This document shows positions 18,633 through 28,174 of a stretch of DNA of 64,000 nt, in pieces. The notes under the pieces are model-generated. The model did no database searches. It was not told the origin of the DNA and worked only from the letters and a program-made list of their open reading frames with translations. The position numbers and the translations under genes are program-made. Within the stretch, counting starts at the first letter, position 1. Every line of letters begins with the position of its first letter. Source of the DNA: an uncultured Alphaproteobacteria bacterium (GTDB lineage: Bacteria; Pseudomonadota; Alphaproteobacteria; Rhizobiales; Xanthobacteraceae); contig CAVTNW010000013.1 in NCBI GenBank assembly GCA_963736075.1, positions 57,913 to 121,912 of the forward strand, written 5' to 3'.

Positions 18633-20077
18633 TGACCAGCACGCCGCTCGCGAGCCGTAGTTTTGGCGTGGACGACCAGATCGCATTTGCGCGGTTGTCG
18701 TTCGATTGGAATCCGATCCATCAGGATCCCCGCTTCGCACGGCGTACCCAGGTCGGATCGCCCATCGTGCATGGGATTCACGCCCTTGTCTGGGCGGCGA
18801 ACGCCGTGCTGCGGTCCCTTCCCTGCAAGGTCCTCCACATACGCGCCAGATTCCTGCAGCCGCTCTACCTCGACGAAACCGCATCCGTCAGGATTCGCAA
18901 GCGAACCGAGAACAGCATCGAACTCGATGTGGTCGCGGCAAATGTGGTGGTCGCACAGATCAGATTGTCCTGCGAACCCGGAACAGTCGTCGCGCCAGAC
19001 ATGCCGTTGGCGACGTCAACGCCGGTTCGACTGGTACAGCCCGCCGATCTGCGCTTCGAGCAGCTCGCGGGTCAGGCCGGCGCGGTTGCGACCACCGATG
19101 CGGATGTAACGTCGCTATTTCCGGCGCTCGCGGACACGATCGGTGCTTTCGCCGTCAAGGCGCTGCTGGCAACCTCTTACATCGTCGGCATGGCCTGCCC
19201 CGGGCTTCACTCGCTGTTTGCCGGTCTCGACATCCATTTCACCCCGGACAACGGTCGCAGCAATACGCTGACCTATGCGGTAACGAAGGTGGACCCGCGG
19301 TTTCGTTCCCTGCAGATCGCGGTTTTGGGCTCCGGCATCGCCGGAAAGCTTGAGGCTTTTGCACGTCCCGCCCCGCCGGCCCAGCCCGGGATGGCCGAAA
19401 TCGTTCCGCGCGTGGCAGCCCGCCCATTTGCCGGACAGAGATCACTCGTGATCGGCGGCTCGCGCGGCCTCGGCGAGGTCACGGCGAAGATCGTCGCCGC
19501 AGGCGGCGGAAGCGCGGTGATCACCTACCATGAAAGCGGCGATGACGCCGAGCGGGTCGCTCGCGATATCCGGCAGGCCGGCGGCCAATGCGAGATCCTG
19601 CGTTACGACGCGCTTAAGCCGGCCGCCGCGCAACTGCAGACCCTGGACGCGGTCGACTGCGCCTATTACTTCGCGACCCCCCGGATCTTTCAACGCAAGT
19701 CGATGCTGTATGAGCCTCAGGCGCTTCGCACTTTTCTTAGCTATTATGCGGACGGCTTCTACGAGCTGTGCACGGCGCTGCGCCGGGACGGCGCCGGTAA
19801 GCTCGCCGTGTTCTATCCTTCGACGATGGCGATCGAGGAAGGCGTCAGCGGCACGGCGGAATATGCCATGGCCAAGATGGCCGGCGAAATCCTGGCCAAT
19901 CACCTCAACGAATTCTCAAGCAACATCTTTGTCCTCTGCCGCCGCCTGCCCCGGATCCTGACCGATCAGACCGCGACCGTCGGTGTTGCCAGCGCCGCCA
20001 ACGCGTTGGACGTGATGCTGCCGATTGTATATGAGCTGCAGCAGTCGGCCCGGCCCAATCCGGAGCCACGCAGCTGA
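18632..20077 (+). CDS. MaoC-type (R)-hydratase/dehydratase double-hotdog fused to SDR ketoreductase-like domain
   Basis: Hydratase motif FDWNPIH (18701-18721). SDR glycine motif IGGSRGLGE and YAMAK YxxxK (19862-19876). The ATG overlaps the upstream stop (cctgATGAcc). Confidence 0.75.
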   Translation: MTSTPLASRSFGVDDQIAFARLSFDWNPIHQDPRFARRTQVGSPIVHGIHALVWAANAVLRSLPCKVLHIRARFLQPLYLDETASVRIRKRTENSIELDVVAANVVVAQIRLSCEPGTVVAPDMPLATSTPVRLVQPADLRFEQLAGQAGAVATTDADVTSLFPALADTIGAFAVKALLATSYIVGMACPGLHSLFAGLDIHFTPDNGRSNTLTYAVTKVDPRFRSLQIAVLGSGIAGKLEAFARPAPPAQPGMAEIVPRVAARPFAGQRSLVIGGSRGLGEVTAKIVAAGGGSAVITYHESGDDAERVARDIRQAGGQCEILRYDALKPAAAQLQTLDAVDCAYYFATPRIFQRKSMLYEPQALRTFLSYYADGFYELCTALRRDGAGKLAVFYPSTMAIEEGVSGTAEYAMAKMAGEILANHLNEFSSNIFVLCRRLPRILTDQTATVGVASAANALDVMLPIVYELQQSARPNPEPRS

Positions 20078-20127
20078 CCCGCCAGACCACTCATCCCCCA
20101 TCGATAGATTGGACTACATCACATATC

Positions 20128-21036
20128 ATGTCTCGCGCCGTCCGCAGCACTGTCAAGCGCCTCGCCCAGAAGCTGCTGGGGCAAAAGGACGTGCGCGGTT
20201 TGCTGCGCCGGCAAAAACTCAAGATTGCAAAAACCCTCTACCGGCGTCCGGTTGCGATCGCGGAGCTGCGCCAGCAGCTGATTGATTTGGGGGTAACGCG
20301 CGGGCGAACCCTCTGGGTCCAGTCGTCCTGGAATGAATTTTATAATGTCGGCTTGCGCCCCAGCGAAATGATCGACCTGCTGCGCGACTTGCTTGGTCCA
20401 GGCGGTACGCTGGCGATGCCGGCGTTTCCGATCGATGCAAATCCCGACAAGGTTTTCCTGGTCGACCGGGCGCCGGTATACACCGGCTTGCTGTGCGAGG
20501 TCTTTCGTCGCTCGCCCGAGATCCGCCGCAGCATCCACCTCAGTTCTTCGGTATGTGCGGTCGGTCCCGGCGCCGACTTCCTGGTCAGGGACCACCATCA
20601 CACCCTCATGCCCTGGGGGAGGGATAGCCCGTTCTGCCGGCTCGGCGAACTCGATGGGCGAATGCTCGGCCTTGGCGCCGGCTTCAATTTCATGACGCCG
20701 CTGCACGCCGCGGAATGTCTGCTTTATGATGAGGTGCCGTTCTTCCGGCAGGTGTTTGACGGCACCGTAAGATACCGCTGGAAAACCGCCGCCGGCGAGA
20801 CCGGAGAGCATGAATATAGGCGGCGGACAGGCGATATAAGACCGCAGCGGCTGCGACGCTATTTCGGTCCGGACATCTGCACCGATGCGAAATTATCGAA
20901 TCTGCGCATCCTGGCCGCGGATGCCAAGCCCTTCATCGAGCGCGCGGTCGAGCTTGGTCGCGGCGGCATTACCATGTATATCCAGCCGATTCCGAGGCCT
21001 GAGCTTTTCAACCCTTTCAATGGATCTGTCGACTGA
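20128..21036 (+). CDS. AAC(3)-family (aminoglycoside 3-N-acetyltransferase-like) N-acyltransferase
   Basis: 302 aa. The motif GRTLWVQSSWNEF...GPGGTLAMPAFP matches the AAC(3)/Antibiotic_NAT N-terminal signature as I remember it. Confidence 0.65.
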   Translation: MSRAVRSTVKRLAQKLLGQKDVRGLLRRQKLKIAKTLYRRPVAIAELRQQLIDLGVTRGRTLWVQSSWNEFYNVGLRPSEMIDLLRDLLGPGGTLAMPAFPIDANPDKVFLVDRAPVYTGLLCEVFRRSPEIRRSIHLSSSVCAVGPGADFLVRDHHHTLMPWGRDSPFCRLGELDGRMLGLGAGFNFMTPLHAAECLLYDEVPFFRQVFDGTVRYRWKTAAGETGEHEYRRRTGDIRPQRLRRYFGPDICTDAKLSNLRILAADAKPFIERAVELGRGGITMYIQPIPRPELFNPFNGSVD

Positions 21037-21302
21037 TGGCAAACGCGTCTGAAGCGCCGACCTCGCCCGATGGCGTGCTCGCCCGGGTACAGGAGGTTTT
21101 CCGCGCCGAGCTCGACGACCAAGACCTGGTGATTGCGCCTGAAACAAACCAGAAGAACCTCAGCGCCTGGGACAGCCTGGCCCATATCCGGCTGGTCAGC
21201 GGCATCGAGAATGAGTTCGATATTCAATTCAATCTCAGCGAAATCGAACGGATTACTTCGGTGCGCCAGTTCGTTCAGCTGATCGAGGAACGCGTGCGGT
21301 GA
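21036..21302 (+). CDS. free-standing acyl carrier protein
   Basis: 88 aa. Phosphopantetheine site WDSLAHIRLVSGIENEF, with Ser47 at 21174-21176. The start overlaps the upstream stop by 1 nt (TGATG). Confidence 0.8.
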   Translation: MANASEAPTSPDGVLARVQEVFRAELDDQDLVIAPETNQKNLSAWDSLAHIRLVSGIENEFDIQFNLSEIERITSVRQFVQLIEERVR

Positions 21303-23273
21303 GTGAGGCGCTGTCAGCGCTCGCGATGAGACCGCCCGTGCAAGCGCTGCCCTGGCTGCCCCGCCCGGCCGGAAAATTCCGCGACCACATCGCATCTCTG
21401 CCCTCAGAGCCTCTGCAAGCGCTGCTTGATCTGCAGTCGCTGGCGCAGGCGGCCTGGAGCGAAGTCGATCTTCGTCAGCTCGGACGAAAGATCAAAACTT
21501 TACTCACGTCGGCACCCGCGAGCCTGGCTGCGGAAGCCCGGCAGCGCGGGCTAACGCAGGTGCGGCTCCTGGTGGTGTCGGCGAGCACCGCCTCCCATCT
21601 TCCGGATGCCCTGATCGGTACCGCCCTCCGTTTCGGCTTTCTGCTCGACGTCACCGATCGCGGAGTACGAGGAGCCGGAGCCCTGGCTGGCGCGGAACCG
21701 CGATGCGCTTCAACAGAACCCTCCGGATTTCGTGCTGCTGGCTTCCGACCACCGCATGCTGACATTGAGATCGCCACTCGGAGACGCGGCCGCCGCCGAG
21801 CAGACCATCGAAGCCGCGATCGCCAGGGCCATGCGCCTCGCCGAGGTGGCGGGCGCAGCGAGCGGACATCAGGTCATTTTGCAGACGCTCGCCGATGACC
21901 CCGATCGCGTTCAGTTCAACATGGATCTTGGCCTGCCGGGCAGCCCGCGCTTTCTGATCCATGAGTTCAACGCCCGCCTCGCGCGGCGTGCGCAACAGCA
22001 GTCGCGGCTCGTGCTGGACGTCAACGCGCTGGCCAGTCTGGTCGGAACCGCCGCATGGTCGGCCGGCCGCTATGGGTACGCCGCGAAATACCCATTTTCG
22101 ACCGCCATGATCCCGCTCTATGCCGACCACGTCATGCGGATCGTCGCAGCCCAGATGGGCCGTTCGCGACGGGTGCTGGTGATGGACCTCGACAATACGA
22201 TATGGGGCGGCATCGTCGGCGACGACGGCATGGAAGGTCTTGTGCTCGGCAACGGCAGCCCGTTGGGCGAAGTTTATGCGGCGCTCCAGCGGATGGCCCT
22301 GTCGCTGAAGGAGCGCGGAATTATTCTGTGCGTGTCGTCGAAGAACGACGAGGCGATCGCGCTCGATGCATTTCGCAACCATCCCGAAATGATCCTTAAG
22401 GAAGAGGATATCGTCGCCTTCCGGGTCAACTGGGACGACAAGGCCGCCAACATCAAGGCGATCGCCGACGCCATCGGCCTCGGTCTCGATTCTTTTGTCT
22501 TCCTCGATGACAATCCCGCCGAACGCAAGCGCGTCCGCGAGGCGCTGCCCGCGGTGGCCGTTCCCGAACTGCCTGGGGATCCCAGCGACTGGCTCTCGGT
22601 GTTGCAGTCCGCGGGCTATTTCGAGCAGGCCGGCTTTTCGAAAGAGGACCAGCTCCGGGCCGGTTTCTACAAAGCCAACGCCCTGCGGGCCGCGCAGATG
22701 GAACGGATCGGCGATCATGACGATTATCTGCGCTCGCTGGCGATGACGCTGTCGATTGTCCCGTTCGACAGCGCCGGCCGCAAGCGGATCGCCCAATTGA
22801 TCTCCAAATCGAACCAGTTCAATCTGACGACCCGCCGCTACAGCGAAGCCGAGATCGCGGCGATGGAGTCCAATCCCGGTATTCTCGCCGTCCAGGGGCG
22901 ACTTCTGGATATCTTCGGCGATAACGGAATGATTTCGGCAGTGATCTGCCGTCAGGCCGGCCAACGCTGGGAGATCGATACCTGGATCATGTCTTGTCGC
23001 GTGCTTGGCCGGCGTGTGGAGGAGGCCATGCTGCAATACCTGGTCGAGCAGGCTCGCCGAAGGGGCATTACTACCCTGGTCGGCCGCTACATCCCGACCG
23101 CCAAGAATGGCCTGGTGCGCGATCACTTCAGCCGACTTGGCTTCGTCCAGACTGACAGTCAAAACGGCGAAACCACCTGGGAGCTTGCCGTCGGCGGCTA
23201 TGATGAAAAACAACTCCCAATGAAGGTGGAATCGCAAGCCCGCGGCAAACTTGCCGCTGCCGGCGGCGCCTGA
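21299..23273 (+). pseudogene. FkbH-like HAD-IIIC phosphatase/acyl-loader with C-terminal GNAT domain, apparent +1 frameshift at 21615-21665
   Basis: The N-terminal ~120 codons are in frame 2, starting at GTG 21299 in a GTGA overlap with the ACP stop. The rest is in frame 0. HAD motifs DLDNT (22185-22199), SSKND and FLDDNPAER. GNAT-like C-terminus (WIMSCRVLGRRVEEAML). Confidence 0.75.
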
Positions 23274-23311
23274 AGCGCGTGGGGCTGAGTTCGCTCGCCA
23301 AGGCACACCCG

Positions 23312-24106
23312 ATGTTTGATCGCTTCATCGGCATCGATTATTCGGGCGCAGAGACGCCCCGTTCGAGTTTGCCCGGTTTGCGCGTCTATCTCGCCGAAGC
23401 GGATGGAACGCCGGTCGAAGTGCCACCTCCGCCCTCGGCCCGCAAGTATTGGACACGACGCGGCATCGCCGAATGGCTGGTGAATAAGCTCAGCGAGAGC
23501 GCCACGACCCTGGTCGGCATCGACCATGGCTTCTCTTTTCCGCTGCGATATTTCGAAGTGCACTGGCTTGAGCCCGACTGGCCGGCTTTTCTCGACGATT
23601 TTCAGCACCATTGGCCAACCGACCAGGACATTTATGTCGATTTCGTCCGGGACGGCTTACATGGAAATGGTGCCGCGCGCATGGGCAACGCCCGCTGGCG
23701 TCGGCTGACCGAACAGCGCGCCGGCACCGCCAAGTCGGTTTTCCATTTCGACGTCCAGGGTCAGGTGGCCAAATCAACCCATGCCGGCATTCCCTGGCTG
23801 CGCTACATGCGCCAACGGCTCCGGGGACGAGTGCATTTCTGGCCCTTCGAAGGCTGGGACATTCCCAAGGGAACCTCTGCCATCGCCGAGGTCTATCCGG
23901 CGCTCTGGAATAAAGGTTTCGTCAATGAAGGCCGCACCAGCGACCAGCATGACGCTTTCAGCATCGCCGCGGGGCTGTCGCGCGCCGACCACGACGGCAC
24001 ATTGGCAGCGCTGCTGAGACCCGACCTGACGCCGCCAGAGCGGACGCTGGCGCAGCTCGAAGGTTGGATATTGGGCGTCCCGGGAAAGGCTCGGGTGAAA
24101 TCCTAA
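23312..24106 (+). CDS. hypothetical protein, DUF429-like (predicted RNase H-fold)
   Basis: Starts MFDRFIGIDYSGA. Later motifs AEVYPALW and DQHDAFSIAAGL match the pattern I associate with DUF429. An alternative GTG start lies at 23279. Confidence 0.4.
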   Translation: MFDRFIGIDYSGAETPRSSLPGLRVYLAEADGTPVEVPPPPSARKYWTRRGIAEWLVNKLSESATTLVGIDHGFSFPLRYFEVHWLEPDWPAFLDDFQHHWPTDQDIYVDFVRDGLHGNGAARMGNARWRRLTEQRAGTAKSVFHFDVQGQVAKSTHAGIPWLRYMRQRLRGRVHFWPFEGWDIPKGTSAIAEVYPALWNKGFVNEGRTSDQHDAFSIAAGLSRADHDGTLAALLRPDLTPPERTLAQLEGWILGVPGKARVKS

Positions 24107-24119
24107 GGGCGCGCCGGGA

Positions 24120-25064
24120 TCAGCCAGCGCCCTGCAGTGCGCGGATCTCGCTCAGAGTCGGCGCGGCCGCACCGGCGCGCGTGCAGGTGAGCGCGCCTGC
24201 GATGGTGGCGAAGCGCAGCGCCGCCTGCAGACGCTCACCCTCCCATCGCGCCATGGCGCCGCGACCCAAACCGCCTTCCGAGAAAGCGTGCGCCAGAAAA
24301 GCCGCCAGAAAAGCGTCGCCGGCGCCGATGGTATCGACCACGTCGATCTTAGGCGCCGGGCAGCTGACAAGGTCGTCATCTCGAAAAGCCGAAGCGCCGA
24401 GCGCGCCGCGCGTGAGCAGCACCACTCGACCGTCCCGAGCCCAACGCATGGCGACCGCATCAGGCGTTTCATCGGGATGTAGCCATCTGAGATCGTCGTC
24501 ACTTGCCTTGACAACGGAGGCGAGCGCAACCCTTTGCTCCACCAGCGCGGCCGCTTGCGCGCGCGGAGGCAACAGCGGTGCGCGGATATTGATATCGAAA
24601 CTGGATGAAATGCTGTGCCGCGCTTCGCGCAGGGCCGCCACCACCGCCTCGCCCCACGCGCCGCAGACGGCAGAAAACGACGAGACGTGCAGGTGCGCGG
24701 CCTCCGCCAACCAGTCGCCGGTGAGGTCGGGCGGCGCGTGGGCGGTTTCCGCCAGATAGATATTGTAGCGGACGTGGCCCGCCGCCGTCCCACGTTCGAT
24801 GAAGGACAAGGGGCTCGGACGCGCATCGCGTCGGACCAATGTCGCGTCGACCCCAGCCCGGGTCAGCGCGTCGAACATCAGCTGCCCGTTTTCGTCATTC
24901 GAAAGACGGCCGATGAAGCCAACGGGCGCTTCGAGGCGGGCAAGGGCGAGAGCGACGTTGTAGGATGACCCGCCAGGTGCCGGTCGCAGCAATCCGTCGT
25001 CGACCGGTAGCAGATCGACCAGCGCTTCCCCCATCGAAAAAACCAGGCGTCGTCCAGATTTCAT
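24120..25064 (-). CDS. PfkB-family carbohydrate kinase (fructokinase-like)
   Basis: 314 aa with a C-terminal DTIGAGDAF PfkB signature. ATGA overlap with the FGGY kinase stop. Confidence 0.85.
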   Translation of the reverse strand: MKSGRRLVFSMGEALVDLLPVDDGLLRPAPGGSSYNVALALARLEAPVGFIGRLSNDENGQLMFDALTRAGVDATLVRRDARPSPLSFIERGTAAGHVRYNIYLAETAHAPPDLTGDWLAEAAHLHVSSFSAVCGAWGEAVVAALREARHSISSSFDINIRAPLLPPRAQAAALVEQRVALASVVKASDDDLRWLHPDETPDAVAMRWARDGRVVLLTRGALGASAFRDDDLVSCPAPKIDVVDTIGAGDAFLAAFLAHAFSEGGLGRGAMARWEGERLQAALRFATIAGALTCTRAGAAAPTLSEIRALQGAG

Positions 25065-26644
25065 GGCAAGGCCTCGAGCGCGCGACGCTGTTCATGCATC
25101 TTGAGAAATACCCGGTAGTCGTGATCGAATCGCGTACGCGCTTGCAGATTCGGGTAACTTTTGCGGCTGCCGCGCTGCATCGCGGCGCAGGCTCCGACGA
25201 GGTCCTGATATAGCCCGGCCGCCGTGGCGGCGATCATCGCGGTGCCGAGCAGCATCGTATCCTCCGCCAGGGGCACTTCGAGCGTACAGCCGGTCGCGTC
25301 GGCATAGAGCTCCATCAGCAGCGGATTATTCACATGGCCGCCGCTGACGTGCAGCGTATCGATGGTGAAGCCGCTTTGGTTGAGGACATCGAGAATGTGA
25401 CGAACCCCGAGCGCGATGGCGACCGCCGTTCGCCAATAGAGCCTGCACAGACCATCGAACGAGGCATCGAGCGTAAGCCCGCTGATGACGCCGCGCGCAT
25501 GCGGATCGCCGAGCGGCGAACGATTGCCGTGAAAGTCGGGAAGCACATGCAGGCGGTCGGCAAAGTCCAGACCCTCGGCCGCCTGAAGTTGGCGAACGCG
25601 CGCGACCACGCGGGCGTGCATCGCGGCATTGGGTTCTCCGCCGGCGCCATGGCTGCGGATGACATGATCGAGGAGAGCGCCTGTGACCGACTGACCACCC
25701 TCATTGACCCACAGGCCAGGAAGAACAACGCCGTAATACGGGCCCCAGATGCCGGGAGTTGCGCGTTGCTGGGGCGACAGCGACATCACGCAGCTCGACG
25801 TTCCCCCGATCAGGCTCAGGTGGCGCTCCATCCCGGTGGGGTTATCGGCGAATCCCCCCAGCACAGCCAGGGTTCCCGCGTGCGCGTCGATGATGCCGGC
25901 GCCCACGCGGCAGGAGGTCGTTAGTCCGAGTTCGCGCGCCGCCTGCGGGGTCAGTGGGCCCAGATCCCTGCCGATGGGGCTCGCACGCGCCGGTAGATGG
26001 CCGCGATCGATCATGTCGGGGATACCGACAATCTCGAAAAAATCAGGGCGCCAGCCATGCTGCTGGTGGCCCATGAACGTCCACTTGCAGGTCAGCGTGC
26101 ATTGCGACCGCTCGGTGGACCCTGAAGCCTTCCATGTCAGGAAATCGGCCAGATCGAAGAAATGGCCGGCCGCGTTCCAGGTCTCGGGCATATGGCGCTT
26201 GAGCCACATCAGCTTCGGTGTTTCCATCTCCGGGGACATCACCCCGCCGATGAAGTCGAGCACGGCATGACCCGAGCGCGTGCATTCGTCGGCTTCCTTG
26301 AGCGCACGATGGTCCAGCCAGACGATCGTGTCCCAGCGAGCGTCTCCCCCCGGCGAAACCGGGAGCGGCTGACCGAGACGATCGCGCACCACCAGCGAGC
26401 AGGTGGCATCGAAACTGATGCCGGCGATATCGGCGGCATCAGCCGAAGCGGCCTTCAGTGCCCCGCGCACGGCCGCGCCGACCGCGTGCCAGACCTGTTC
26501 GGAATCATGTTCCGCAAAATCGCCTAACGGCCGGCGCATCTCGATCGGCTGTTCGTGGCGGCCGAGCAGCTTGCCTTTGGCGTCAAGGACGCCGGCGCGC
26601 GCGCTGCCAGTTCCAACATCCACCGCTGCAACCAGCCGATCCAT
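25061..26644 (-). CDS. FGGY-family pentulose/polyol-derived sugar kinase (ribulokinase-like)
   Basis: Starts at ATG 26644 (MDRLVAAVDVGTGSARAG, the FGGY N-terminal motif). The ORF-track TTG start is 6 nt upstream. About 527 aa. Confidence 0.9.
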   Translation of the reverse strand: MDRLVAAVDVGTGSARAGVLDAKGKLLGRHEQPIEMRRPLGDFAEHDSEQVWHAVGAAVRGALKAASADAADIAGISFDATCSLVVRDRLGQPLPVSPGGDARWDTIVWLDHRALKEADECTRSGHAVLDFIGGVMSPEMETPKLMWLKRHMPETWNAAGHFFDLADFLTWKASGSTERSQCTLTCKWTFMGHQQHGWRPDFFEIVGIPDMIDRGHLPARASPIGRDLGPLTPQAARELGLTTSCRVGAGIIDAHAGTLAVLGGFADNPTGMERHLSLIGGTSSCVMSLSPQQRATPGIWGPYYGVVLPGLWVNEGGQSVTGALLDHVIRSHGAGGEPNAAMHARVVARVRQLQAAEGLDFADRLHVLPDFHGNRSPLGDPHARGVISGLTLDASFDGLCRLYWRTAVAIALGVRHILDVLNQSGFTIDTLHVSGGHVNNPLLMELYADATGCTLEVPLAEDTMLLGTAMIAATAAGLYQDLVGACAAMQRGSRKSYPNLQARTRFDHDYRVFLKMHEQRRALEALP

Positions 26645-26671
26645 TGCCAAGACCTTATCCCAAGTCTGGGT

Positions 26672-27355
26672 TCAGCGTGCCAGCGATCCCACCGACAACG
26701 CCTCAAGCAGGGAAGAAAGTTCAACCATATCATCAAAGATCGCGGCCGGCATCATTTGCGCCAGTCCTGCTCGCAGCCCGGCGGTCTCGGCGTGACTGCC
26801 GCCGACAAAGCCGAAGGCTGTCATTGCAGCGGCTTGCGCGGCCGCAATTCCGGCCGGACTATCCTCGATGACGACGCAGTCTTCGGGAGCTACGCCAAGC
26901 GCGTGCGCCGCGTGCAGAAACAGGTCGGGCGCGGGTTTGCCCTTGGCCACCATGGTGGCGCTGAAAATATCGGGCTCAAAGCGGTCCAGCAAACCCGTAA
27001 GGCCGAGTGACAGCCGAATACGCTCGGGCTGGCTGGACGAAGCCACGCAGAAGGGAAGTGGGAGCGCATCGAGCGCACGGGCGACATGAGCGATGGGCTT
27101 CAGCTCGCGGCGGAACCGGCCGTAGAGCCGTTCGCGCATCGTCTCGACCGCCGCTTCGCCGGCGGCTTTTCCGAGCACGTCAGCCAGGATCGCCGTCATC
27201 GATTTGAGACTGCGTCCGAGAAATCGCGCAAAAACCTCCTCCCGGCTCATTACGATGCCCGCCTCGCGCAGCGTTTCGACGCAGACGTCCGCCGAAATCA
27301 GCTCGCTATCAACCAGCACGCCGTCGCAATCGAAGATGATCAATTTTGGCTTCAT
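26672..27355 (-). CDS. HAD-superfamily hydrolase (phosphatase / beta-phosphoglucomutase-like)
   Basis: Starts at ATG 27355 (MKPKLIIFDCDGVLVDSE, the DxDG motif). The ORF-track 5' extension to 27787 overlaps the next SDR gene and was rejected. Confidence 0.85.
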   Translation of the reverse strand: MKPKLIIFDCDGVLVDSELISADVCVETLREAGIVMSREEVFARFLGRSLKSMTAILADVLGKAAGEAAVETMRERLYGRFRRELKPIAHVARALDALPLPFCVASSSQPERIRLSLGLTGLLDRFEPDIFSATMVAKGKPAPDLFLHAAHALGVAPEDCVVIEDSPAGIAAAQAAAMTAFGFVGGSHAETAGLRAGLAQMMPAAIFDDMVELSSLLEALSVGSLAR

Positions 27356-27384
27356 GAAGATCCCGTGCCGGCCGGCGGCTGCGC

Positions 27385-28161
27385 TCACCAGCAGGTATAT
27401 CCCCCATCGACCGCCACGACCGCCCCCGTCATCAGGCTGGCGGCGTCGGAGGCGAGAAAATGAACGACCGAGGCAATCTCCTCCGGCTGCCCCACCCGCG
27501 CCATCGGCGTCATCTCGAGCCATACCTTGTACATGTCCGGATTTTCCTTGATGCCAAACGACGTCAGGGGCGTCTCGATATAGGTCGGGGCGACGGCGTT
27601 GACGCGCACGCCACGCTGACCCCACTCGGCGGCCAGCGATCGCGTCAGGTGATGGACCGCGGCCTTCGATGCGTTGTAAAAGGCTTGGGGTTGCGGCTTG
27701 TTGACGATGAATCCCGACATCGAGCCGATATTGACGATCGAACCCGCGCCTCTTTCGAGCATCTTTCGCCCAAAGGCCCGGCAGCACCAGAACAAACCGT
27801 CGAGATTGACGTCCATGTGGAAGCGCCAGTGTTCGTCGCTGGTATCTTCCGCGCGCACATCGCTTACCGCAACGCCGGCATTGTTGACGAGAATGTCGAT
27901 CCGTCCGTGGCGGCTGACGGTTTCATCGGCGACGCGATCGACATCGTTCGATTTTGTCACATCAAGCGTGATGCCGTGGGCGTCGATGGTCAGGCCGCGC
28001 AGCGCGGCAACGCTGGCCTCGGTCCGCTCCGGCTTGAGTTCGGCGATCAGGACCGTCGCGCCGGCTTCTCCGAGCGCGCGCGCGCAGGCGGCACCGATGC
28101 CCTGACCGCCGCCGGTCACCACGGCGATGCGACCATCGAGCCTCAGCTTTTCCAGATACAT
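27385..28161 (-). CDS. SDR-family oxidoreductase
   Basis: TGGGQGIG glycine motif, NNAG, and YNASK YxxxK. 258 aa. Confidence 0.9.
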   Translation of the reverse strand: MYLEKLRLDGRIAVVTGGGQGIGAACARALGEAGATVLIAELKPERTEASVAALRGLTIDAHGITLDVTKSNDVDRVADETVSRHGRIDILVNNAGVAVSDVRAEDTSDEHWRFHMDVNLDGLFWCCRAFGRKMLERGAGSIVNIGSMSGFIVNKPQPQAFYNASKAAVHHLTRSLAAEWGQRGVRVNAVAPTYIETPLTSFGIKENPDMYKVWLEMTPMARVGQPEEIASVVHFLASDAASLMTGAVVAVDGGYTCW

Positions 28162-28174
28162 GACTTTTATCCCT

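Noticed and set aside
21651-23306. 551-aa ORF on the minus strand
   Set aside because: It is exactly antisense to the FkbH-like gene. It is Arg/Gly/Pro/His-rich with no recognisable motifs, which is the usual long antisense ORF artefact of high-GC DNA.
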